Shown here in pieces: positions 36,606 through 46,758 of a stretch of DNA of 46,758 bases. Under the pieces are notes generated by a model. It did not search any database, was not told where the DNA came from, and worked only from the letters and a program-made list of their open reading frames with translations. The stretch comes from Octopus bimaculoides (Eukaryota), in the NCBI RefSeq assembly GCF_001194135.2, contig NC_068983.1, positions 19,470,750 through 19,517,507 on the forward strand, read 5' to 3'. How positions within the stretch are numbered: the first letter of the stretch is position 1; the number at the start of each line of letters is the position of its first letter. Position numbers and translations under genes: made by a program.

Positions 36606-37332
36606 NNNNNNNNNNNNNNNNNNNNNNNNNNNNNNNNNNNNNNNNNNNNNNNNNNNNNNNNNNNNNNNNNNNNNNNNNNNNNNNNNNNNNNNNNNNNNNN
36701 NNNNNNNNNNNNNNNNNNNNNNNNNNNNNNNNNNNNNNNNNNNNNNNNNNNNNNNNNNNNNNNNNNNNNNNNNNNNNNNNNNNNNNNNNNNNNNNNNNNN
36801 NNNNNNNNNNNNNNNNNNNNNNNNNNNNNNNNNNNNNNNNNNNNNNNNNNNNNNNNNNNNNNNNNNNNNNNNNNNNNNNNNNNNNNNNNNNNNNNNNNNN
36901 NNNNNNNNNNNNNNNNNNNNNNNNNNNNNNNNNNNNNNNNNNNNNNNNNNNNNNNNNNNNNNNNNNNNNNNNNNNNNNNNNNNNNNNNNNNNNNNNNNNN
37001 NNNNNNNNNNNNNNNNNNNNNNNNNNNNNNNNNNNNNNNNNNNNNNNNNNNNNNNNNNNNNNNNNNNNNNNNNNNNNNNNNNNNNNNNNNNNNNNNNNNN
37101 NNNNNNNNNNNNNNNNNNNNNNNNNNNNNNNNNNNNNNNNNNNNNNNNNNNNNNNNNNNNNNNNNNNNNNNNNNNNNNNNNNNNNNNNNNNNNNNNNNNN
37201 NNNNNNNNNNNNNNNNNNNNNNNNNNNNNNNNNNNNTATATATATATACATATAATTATTTCCGTATATACATCTTTATAAATACGTGTAAATGGATATA
37301 TTTCTATGTATACACACACACGCACACACACG

Positions 37333-37397
<65 letters not shown>

Positions 37398-38091
37398 TTG
37401 TATATATTTGTATGCATATTAAGTGAGAGAAAGAGACACACACAGACACAGATACATCTATGCGTAAATAGAGATTTATAAATTTATATGAATATCTATA
37501 TATATTTGTATATACATACATATGTGTGTGTGTGTGTGTGTGTATAAATCTGTATGAATGAATACAAATATATACATATATCTATTTAAAGGAACACACA
37601 TTCACATACATACGCAAACACATGCGCGCGTGTGTTTGGTGTCAGGTCGGAAGCAATTCTGAAATTACCTCCTTATATCTCTCGCCTTTACTCAAAGTCA
37701 AAAGACTAAGATGTTTAATCTCGGAAATCTTGTGGCGTTGAATTTAGCTACTCCCAGTAGGACTTCTAGCTTTTAAACAGCACTTTCCTGTAAGCAAATA
37801 GTAAGTCTTAAACAAATATCAATTAGCTTCTATCAACAGCCTTACACCGAATCACAGCACACGCAGCAGATAACTACATACAGCCGTAGTCGTATACAAA
37901 TACATGTACCTATATTCATACACACACACCCTGTTATATATGTGTGTATATATACATACATGCATATATATATATATGTATATATATATATNNNNNNNNN
38001 NNNNNNNNNNNNNNNNNNNNNNNNNNNNNNNNNNNNNNNNNNNNNNNNNNNNNNNNNNNNNNNNNNNNNNNNNNNNNNNNNNNNNNNNNNN

Positions 38092-38134
<43 letters not shown>

Positions 38135-38136
<2 letters not shown>

Positions 38137-38420
38137 GAACTCCCTGGTGCAGTGTCAGGCACTGGCTCTCATTGTTTCTGAACTTAACTGATCGGAATGG
38201 CTGTTTAAAGATTATGAACGAAACATCCATGTTTCCAAAGGTGAGTTATCCAAATACCGAAGAATTTGATATGAGATCACCATGCTGAGCACATATGTTT
38301 GTGATGCATGTGCATGAGTTGCCCTTATCCGATGTGTAGCCATGATGGGTATATTGGATTTCATATATTTTACCTTAGTGTTACTTTGATGGAATGCGCT
38401 GCTCTCTCACTCTAAGTTGA
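38135..38420 (+). mobile_element. SINE-like interspersed repeat starting directly after (TAT)n
   Basis: ccctggtgcagtgtcaggcactggctctcattgtttctgaacttaactgat; partial similarity to 32050-32140. Confidence 0.45.
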
Positions 38421-38439
38421 TATTCGACCAAGGCTAACT

Positions 38440-38560
38440 TTACTTTTTATCCCTTCGGTGGTCTAGAAACAGAAATAACGGTCAACGACTGGCGTCGATA
38501 GAGTTGAATGTCCCACTCTGGTAAGTATTACTGGCTTTGTACTGACAATGGAAATCATTG
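38440..38560 (+). mobile_element. Degenerate SINE family B fragment
   Basis: ccaaggctaactttactttttatcccttcgg...ggcgtcgatagag is similar to the family B body. Confidence 0.45.
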
Positions 38561-38779
38561 TTATTGTCTTTGTTATTACTCCCGCTGCTATTTATATTAT
38601 TTTTATTACTCTTGTTAGTTTTATGATTGCAAAGTAGTCAGCCGTAATCATGTTTTTACTTGTATATCACGCATCTATTGATTGCATTGTTCTGAAAAAT
38701 TATATATCACCTTTTTAAATAGAGCGTCTCAAGAGACACTAAAAGGCAGAGGTGAATTAAATAAAGTCTACATATCGCA

Positions 38780-39988
38780 TACTAAAGTGGGCTGAAAAGT
38801 TCAAAGGCTGACTACGAAGTGACGCTAGAGCTGTGAAATCTTGCTTGCATTATTTTCAACACTTCTTATTAATAGCTGGCGTTGTTTCTATCCAGGTAAA
38901 CTGATATCTGAGTGTTCAAAGAAGTCTTCAGATCTAACTTGTCCCGACTTCTCTTGAAAATGGATAAAATTTGGCATCGTGGTGTTACGAACTATCTGCG
39001 GAAAAACGGTTTAGCCTCCAACGAAATCCATGCTGATGTAGTTGCTACATTAGGGGATGGACACTCCAGCTTTATCAATAGCCCAAAATTACGCAGTTGA
39101 ATTTAAGAGGGGACGAAGAATGCTGAAGATGACGGCCGCCACTGAAGGAGACATTGATCGTGTTCACAACATGGTGATGGATGACAAGCGATTGACTATA
39201 AATCAAAGTAGCTAATGCTATTAGCATATCCTGTGAGAGAGTTGAGAATATTCTGCACAATGTATTTGACATGATGAACATTTCTCTTTGATGGGTGCTA
39301 TGTCTTCTGACATTTGATCAAAAGCGCACCAGAGTGATCACATCACGGAAAAATCTGATATTGTTTGAGATAGACCTAGTTGGTTTGCTTGAACGTTTCC
39401 TAAGCCAGGATGAATGTCGGTTTTATCACTTTGAGCCAAAGATAAAGAGACAATCCTAAGAAAGTCAATGTTGTTTCATATGCAGGGAAGGTGATAGTTT
39501 CAATCTTTTAGGATGCAAAACGTATTGTGCTTATTGACTTTCTTCAAAAGCGCCATACCATCAATGGAGTGCACTATGCTAACTTGTTGAAGTAGTTACG
39601 AAAGGCTATCAAGACCAAACGTCCAGGACTGACAAAAATCTTGTTTCATCGGGACAATACCCCAGCACACACATCCTTGCTTTCAATGGCTCTGTGCATT
39701 ACTGTGGCCTTGAACTGATTGATCACCTCCTGATTTGACCTCATCTCACTCATTTGTTCCCCAACACCAAAACACTTGGCTGGGAACAATTATCGCAGTG
39801 ATAATGAAGTCATACCTACTAATATTGACTTTTTGACCAACAGGATGAAAGCTGATTTAGCAATGGGATCCAAGCACTGCAACACCGGTGGAGGAAGAGT
39901 AGGTACCTCAGAAAGGACTATGTCGAAAAATAGACCTCATATGGTCGCATTACAAGTCAGACTATGAACTTTCCAGCCAATCCTTATA
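38780..39988 (+). mobile_element. Near full-length mariner transposon with pseudogenised transposase (ATG 38960 to about 39931)
   Basis: TIRs tactaaagtgggctgaaaagttcaaaggctgact / (rc) tataaggattggctggaaagttcatagtctgact with TA ends. MDKIWHRGVTNYL, WVLCLLTFDQKR, RFLSQDECRFYHFEP, HRDN, PDLTSS..HLFP and KDYVEK*. Multiple stops and indels. Confidence 0.93.
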
Positions 39989-40369
39989 CATTGCATCTCC
40001 TTTGTGTCTCACATTTTAGTAAAATAGACATGTTCAGTTGTAGTTTTACACCATTAGAAGAAATCTAAATTGAGCAGTCACTCATTTTTAACACACATGC
40101 GCGCGCACACACGAACAAACACATATAGATGTACATTTACAAATGTATATGTGCTCATACATGCATATATATGAGTATGTGTGTGTGTGTGTGCGTGCGT
40201 GAGTGTGTGATTATGTGCCTAAGCGCATGCTTGTATATGTGTATATATATGTGTGTGTGTGTGTGTGTATGTGCGTGTGTGTATATGTATATATGCATAT
40301 ATATCTAGGGTCTTTGTGTGTGTGTGTATATATATACACATGAACACATACATTTATGCACATGTCTAC

Positions 40370-40481
40370 ATATATATAGGTGTAGGTGTGGTTGTATGAT
40401 GAAAAGACACTTATTCGGGCCGATCACAGCCGTGTTTGTAGATTGGGAGACTGAAAATGAAAGAAGCCCATCGTATACATA

Positions 40482-40526
<45 letters not shown>

Positions 40527-40765
40527 ATATATACGTATGTGTGCGTGTGTGTGCGTGTGCGCGCGCATGCTCTCAAGTTTGTCCACTGCACTACCACTTG
40601 ACAATAAGCATTATTGTGTATACATCCCCCGTAACTTAATGGTTCAGCAGAAGTGTCAGACAGAATAAGTACTAGTGTTTCAAAAAGTTGACAAGTGTTG
40701 CGGTCGATTGGTACAACTAAAATTCTTTTGCGAAACGCTCAGCAATCTAATGACTGGAGCAAAGG
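40370..40765 (+). mobile_element. Diverged SINE family A copy
   Basis: tcgggccga...gaaagaagcccatcgtata, internal TA/TG repeat, then acttgacaa...ccccgtaactta...gaataagtactag. Confidence 0.75.
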
Positions 40766-40789
40766 TCCAACAGATGATACAGCGCCCTT

Positions 40790-41800
40790 AAACTTTTGGT
40801 GAATGCAAAGAACACTTTAGGATTGATTTGTATTTTCTCAGTGGTTCATTTTTCTTTTGCAGTTCTTTGACTATCCATGAAAATTTTCAGGCAGATTCGA
40901 GATATTGTTTCTTTGATTCCAGTAAAACTATGTCTGTCAACTGAGAGCGTTGCAGCTGGCACTATTTTAGCCGTTTGAGTGCTGTGTGAATACATATTTG
41001 AGACAATGTCCGCAAATAGATGCCATGATGTATTGTAGTTGTTTGGAATGACAGAGTAAGTGAAAGGTCAATCAACGAGTACGTATGATTAACTTCCAGT
41101 TGGCATTGTGTTATACTATGAGGTCAAAAGGATGTTCTGGGTGAGATAGTACTGGGTCGCTTTGGGTTACTGGAATCTCAAATACAGATAATCATATCGG
41201 GTTCTGATATGAGAGTTTTTCCACTGTAATATGGATAGCGTTAGTGTGGTTACTAAACACCAAGTCCAATGTATTTATGTCGAATCTCATTGGCACGAGC
41301 ACAAGTTGGAACTGGAAAATTTTGTTCATGAATTCGAAAAGTGATTCCCCTGCTCGTCTCTCTGGGGTCGAAATGCACACACCTGTCTTCAAAATGTGAA
41401 TAAATAAATCAACACAAGGGAAATTAAAGTCCTCCATTATTAATACATTGTTAAATTTGCACTATTCAATTAAAGGTTTAATATTCATGAAGCAATCTTT
41501 GAAACACAGTAGTGACGTTTGAAGTCGCCTATATAGGCCAATTATTGTTAAATCGTTATATACAGACACTGATTCACTGTAATCATTGGAAAATGAGACA
41601 TTTGCATCTGCGCTAATTAAGTCGTGCAGGAAAATAGCAACTCATCTCTTTCTTCTACCAGTGATGTCTGTGTGAATAGTGGTATAATTCCTCGACTTTA
41701 CTTCAGCTTTCAAGTGAGTTTTCTTATGGTGAGTTTCAGTAAGAACGAGGAAAAGAGTATAAAGTTTGTTTGTTACCAAGTCTTGAATGAACAGCTATGA
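40790..41800 (-). mobile_element. LINE (CR1/L2/Jockey-type) apurinic endonuclease region, decayed
   Basis: IQDLVTNK, LFLVLTETHHKKTHLKAEV, EDFNFP, LFEFMNKIFQFQLV..NTLDLVFSN and QINPKVFFAFTKS. Confidence 0.82.
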
Positions 41801-42833
41801 GATGGAGAATTAACGTAATTTCGGAGAATTAAAGACTGAAAACTTAATCTTTAAGATGTGGCGGTAATTATGAACATTATTGAAATAGCAGAGATTACAA
41901 TGAAAAAACTTAAAACACCGAGAACAACACTGTATGGGAAAATTACAGATAGATCATAGTTCAATAAAATGTACCCTTTCGTTAACCTGAGAAAAGAAAA
42001 AGAAGGGAAAATGCTATTGCGAATGGAAGAAAGAAAAACGATTTTCCTCAAAATGCTAACTGAAAGATGGACAGGGTTTTAAAAACGAGTGAGCTACACG
42101 CCGTCTATACTGAGAAAAATAGAATGGACGAGAATCATAATGGGTTTGCTTAGCAGCAGCAGGATGCATGTATTCATATTGGTTGAAAAAATGAAAGAAG
42201 AGAAAAAAATGTTGAAAAGTGAGGGAATGAAAGGGTAAGTAGGAATGAGAACGGGTGACGAGAAAAGAGAAAGACGTGGTGAGAGAGAAAGATGTGGTGA
42301 GAGAGAAAGAGGGGGGACGAGGATAGGGTAACGAAGTCACAGTAAGAGAGAGGAAAAATAATCTATTGTTACTGTGTGCTAGAATGTATGTAGTCAAAAG
42401 AAAAGTAAAGCAAAATGAAAGCGGTTAACGGAAAAGAACGATCAGACACAGGAATAGAATATAGAACCGATATATGTGAATATGTTCTGAATTTCTTCTG
42501 ATAGTACAAAAGCATTTGTAAAACGTTTCTTATACCCAACACAAATCATATGGAAAAGCAACTAACGCCAAACTTACGGAATAACTACTTCACTTTGCAT
42601 ATATTTTTTTCTATGGCATTAGTCCTTGATTATCGTTATATTTCACATGACCCCTCATCTCACGAAATCTCATGCCGCAATCTTACCGCTTTGTCAGCAG
42701 AATCACCTTTCACTATTAAAATTTCGGTTCGATATATTCTAATATTTACGCACGATAAACATGGTATCAGGCTACTAAATTCTAAGAAACTTTTTGTGTG
42801 CATACATATGCATATATATTTATACACGTGCAT

Positions 42834-42879
<46 letters not shown>

Positions 42880-42915
42880 GTATACACGCTTATGAATAGA
42901 TATATGTATATGTAC

Positions 42916-42963
<48 letters not shown>

Positions 42964-43450
42964 NNNNNNNNNNNNNNNNNNNNNNNNNNNNNNNNNNNNN
43001 NNNNNNNNNNNNNNNNNNNNNNNNNNNNNNNNNNNNNNNNNNNNNNNNNNNNNNNNNNNNNNNNNNNNNNNNNNNNNNNNNNNNNNNNNNNNNNNNNNNN
43101 NNNNNNNNNNNNNNNNNNNNNNNNNNNNNNNNNNNNNNNNNNNNNNNNNNNNNNNNNNNNNNNNNNNNNNNNNNNNNNNNNNNNNNNNNNNNNNNNNNNN
43201 NNNNNNNNNNNNNNNNNNNNNNNNNNNNNNNNNNNNNNNNNNNNNNNNNNNNNNNNNNNNNNNNNNNNNNNNNNNNNNNNNNNNNNNNNNNNNNNNNNNN
43301 NNNNNNNNNNNNNNNNNNNNNNNNNNNNNNNNNNNNNNNNNNNNNNNNNNNNNNNNNNNNNNNNNNNNNNNNNNNNNNNNNNNNNNNNNNNNNNNNNNNN
43401 NNNNNNNNNNNNNNNNNNNNNNNNNNNNNNNNNNNNNNNNNNNNNNNNNN

Positions 43451-43487
<37 letters not shown>

Positions 43488-43489
43488 CG

Positions 43490-43690
43490 TGATTCGCCAT
43501 GTAAGATCACTAGCCACTAAACCTTTTTCTATTTTCTCTCGTTGTTTATTTCTGTGTTCCTTTCTGCTGAAGAGCGTAGGCTCGAAACGTAAAAGACTTT
43601 CTCACTTCTCGTGGATTAAACTAATAAATCTGTTGTTCACACACCCGGCTTCGTCTTTTTTTTTTTTTTTGTAAATTCTCACTATATATA
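43490..43690 (+). mobile_element. Probable PLE terminal repeat (pLTR) remnant
   Basis: T-rich segment with ctgaagagcgtaggctcgaaacgt, an A-poor body and a poly-T/TA end. Resembles PLE 3' repeats as I recall them. Confidence 0.55.
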
Positions 43691-44183
43691 TATAGCCGCA
43701 CACATTCAACTACCCTATTATAAACTGAACTTATCTATAGATATTCTCATTGATGACACCACCACCGCCAACACTACTACCACCCCTACTCCAAAAATAT
43801 CAGACTATTATGCACAGGGTGTTTGTCTCTCGGATGAGTTCAGTCCTGAAACATTAAATTCCTCTTCCCAACATATGAGGACAATTAAAATTATTGAAAC
43901 ATTCCTATTCCATTTTGCGAGCAAAGATGACAGTTTTATTGGACACATTTTTGCCTCCGTGTGTTACCCTGTTTACACACCAGCCTGGCTAACTACCTGT
44001 CTATCTACACACACATACACACACATACACACGCACATCTACCTGCCTGCCAACTTACCTAACTTAACCGCCGCACACTCACTATCTACCTTGCCTACCT
44101 GCCTACCTTACCTGCGTACATTCCTATTTATATATCTGCCTACCTATCTTTCCCCATACTTATCTCTACACCACTCTACCTAC

Positions 44184-44214
<31 letters not shown>

Positions 44215-44469
44215 CTCACCAACTAATAATCCATCTTACCAGCTCGTTGGATTAACTCTCATTAGTCATTATAGCTCACTATATATATATATATCATGAA
44301 TTTCTGAATCTTATCTCTACTCTCTTTACACTCATCACCACTCCCTGCTCTCCTTTTCTTTTCCTCTCTCTCCCTTTCTTTCTCTTTCTCTCTATCTCCC
44401 TTACACATATATGCATACAAACATATTCACACACATTCGTACGTGCACACATACTAAACCGCAAGCGCG

Positions 44470-44528
<59 letters not shown>

Positions 44529-44697
44529 CACACGCCGCACACACATTTCAGTCAATAATTTCTCGTTTCTCTCTATTTTTTTGTCTGCCTTTCTGTTTCT
44601 TTGTCTGCTTACCTATCTCTCTTTCTCTCTCCTTTTTCCTTTCTTTATCACTCCCCATCTATCTATTTATCTATCTTTCTATCTATCTATGTGTCTG

Positions 44698-44750
<53 letters not shown>

Positions 44751-45119
44751 TTATCTATCTATCCGTATNNNNNNNNNNNNNNNNNNNNNNNNNNNNNNNN
44801 NNNNNNNNNNNNNNNNNNNNNNNNNNNNNNNNNNNNNNNNNNNNNNNNNNNNNNNNNNNNNNNNNNNNNNNNNNNNNNNNNNNNNNNNNNNNNNNNNNNN
44901 NNNNNNNNNNNNNNNNNNNNNNNNNNNNNNNNNNNNNNNNNNNNNNNNNNNNNNNNNNNNNNNNNNNNNNNNNNNNNNNNNNNNNNNNNNNNNNNNNNNN
45001 NNNNNNNNNNNNNNNNNNNNNNNNNNNNNNNNNNNNNNNNNNNNNNNNNNNNNNNNNNNNNNNNNNNNNNNNNNNNNNNNNNNNNNNNNNNNNNNNNNNN
45101 NNNNNAAAAATAATGATGC

Positions 45120-45465
45120 ATGAGAGTTGAGAGTTTTGTTAGGTTTAAAAAAAGGGTTAAAAGTTTGTGTTAAGCAGGAAATGTGGTGTCAAAACAGGAA
45201 GTGTGTGTAAGGGGAGACAAGTGTTTTTAGTTAGAGTTATGAACTCTTTTTTCCAAACAGGAAGTTTGTGTCTGTTCATAGAGAAATAAGGTCACTGAGG
45301 GGTGTGTGTGTTAGAAATGGTTGGAATTTCTCTATGAAAAGATTCTCCTTGTTGATTCTTTCTTGTGTGGAGATTCTGTCTTTACATTGATAGAAAGGGA
45401 ATATAATGAATTTAGGGTTTTTGTTTCTGGCGCAAGAGTCTATGTGGCCACTGAGTGGCCCACGC
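45120..45465 (-). mobile_element. PLE GIY-YIG endonuclease C-terminus plus 3' UTR
   Basis: PLSGHIDSCARNKNPKFIIFPFYQCKDRISTQERINKENLFIEKFQPFL is a typical PLE endonuclease tail. Confidence 0.82.
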
Positions 45466-45514
45466 AATTAAACAAGATTCAAGATAATCCCACGTGGTGT
45501 GCCATTCAGAAAGT

Positions 45515-45725
45515 CCCTGGCCAAACGTAGAGTCTACGTGATCGCTCGAACTGCTAGATATAGCAGTCAGATTTCTATGAAATGATTCCTTATCATCTCA
45601 TCTTGGAAAAGTAAGGGATACATAAGCTAATATAGGCTTGGATATATGCCTAAATTGACAAGATGAAGGTGACCGGAATGTCTTTGGTCAATGTCTGAGT
45701 AATCAGAGTTTAACTGGGGTTAATA
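45515..45725 (+). mobile_element. SINE-like interspersed repeat, family D (degenerate)
   Basis: gtctacgtgatcgctcgaactgctagatatagcagtca...ggtgaccggaatgtctttggtca...tttaactggggtta. Recognised from recall only. Confidence 0.45.
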
Positions 45726-46713
45726 ACACTTTTTCTTGAACTACTTGCCCCAACATAAAAGGATGAGTACCACAAATTTATCTGATAAACTGAGAAATCA
45801 AGACTTACTAGGAATAATAACTGGTGTGAGAAAAACGGAAGCATACATTTCATAACGTGATCTAGATATACTCAAAATTATTCTAGAAAATGTCATTCTA
45901 AACAAACTATGAGGGTTTCAAAGCAAAATGATTAAAAAGGGGAAGAACGAAAACTGTTCATACACTAATATATACATTTTATCATCACTTCAGAGCAAAA
46001 TATCACACAGAATGAAATGAATGAAGAGTCAAAGTTCGTGGACCTCGAAATACAAACAATCAGGATGTGGAATGCGGAACTGAAAGCAGTACAAAGATAT
46101 GGTAATGAAGAAATGAACAGAAATATAAAATCCATACCACAGATCACAAGGTTACCCGTAGTCCAAACGATAGACTCGTAACACATAACCCACACATCAC
46201 ATTCTCTATACACTTACCGTTCAATAAAAATTGCACGATATATGCTCATGCGTAATCGATCCTGCTACTCAATCGCCTCCCATAATCCATCAACAACTGG
46301 CACAAATCATATTGTTCACAACTGTCACCAAATGATATATAACACAGTTTATACGGCACATCCCAAAGCAACCAGTACCCGACACTATAACGTGTAAGAC
46401 CAATTGCACAGCACATGAAATACAATTACCACCCAGTACGACAACATCACACATAGTCTTACATAATCTATATTCAACACTATAAAACTAAACAACGAAT
46501 GCATCTCACATTCTACAGAATTACCACCTACTATTAATATAGCCTACTCTGCGCATATTAAACACAATCACCATCCGACGCGCATGACCTGTTACTCAGA
46601 CATATAAAAAGTTTGATGGACAAATCTAGATTTATAGAAGAAAAGTTCATCATTCAGTCAATGACAGTGGTTATGTGGCATACACACACACACACACACA
46701 CACAGACACACAC

Positions 46714-46758
<45 letters not shown>

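Larger units (their letters stand above)
14088..45105. other. Assembly gaps (N runs): 14088-14796, 18436-18721, 28633-28681, 34940-35815, 36606-37236, 37992-38091, 42964-43450, 44769-45105
   Basis: Direct reading; most abut (TA)n or other simple repeats. The span given only brackets the eight separate gaps. Confidence 0.99.

Noticed and set aside
7503-45130. Long track ORFs of YI/HT/CV/SL/X repeats
   Set aside because: They are translations of microsatellites and N gaps, not genes.
45965-46213. GPCR-like hydrophobic ORF
   Set aside because: No GPCR motifs. Flanking frames are full of stops, and the hydrophobicity follows from the G/T-rich strand.

Overview
AT-rich, microsatellite-dense animal genomic DNA from a draft assembly with eight N gaps (about 3.5 kb), most flanked by simple repeats. 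The repeat families resemble those I recall from Octopus/coleoid cephalopod genomes; this host call is an inference from memory, not a search. I can support no intact protein-coding gene. Most ORF-track entries come from microsatellites, gaps or antisense shadows. Mobile elements are well supported: a Penelope-like retroelement (RT at 1-1885, plus a GIY-YIG end and a probable terminal repeat elsewhere), four Tc1/mariner relics, two Gypsy pol relics, two CR1/L2/Jockey-like LINE fragments, two R4/Dong-type RLE elements and several SINE families. The main non-obvious signal is on the minus strand. Much of the unique sequence from about 2.5 to 31.3 kb translates into decayed cadherin-repeat motifs at more than a dozen sites (NxAPxF, ExxPG, ENxPxGxxVL, DxTTGxxxVxxxLD, LDY, YxLxITV, DxxGL), with three Thr/Ser-rich linkers. 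It carries in-frame stops and frameshifts but some good splice sites, so it is most likely a large multi-exon cadherin/mucin-like pseudogene. The second most interesting object is an 874-bp internally deleted R4/Dong-like element with an in-frame N-to-C fused ORF and a 5' minisatellite, flanked on both sides by (AAT)n. All translations and alignments were done by eye.
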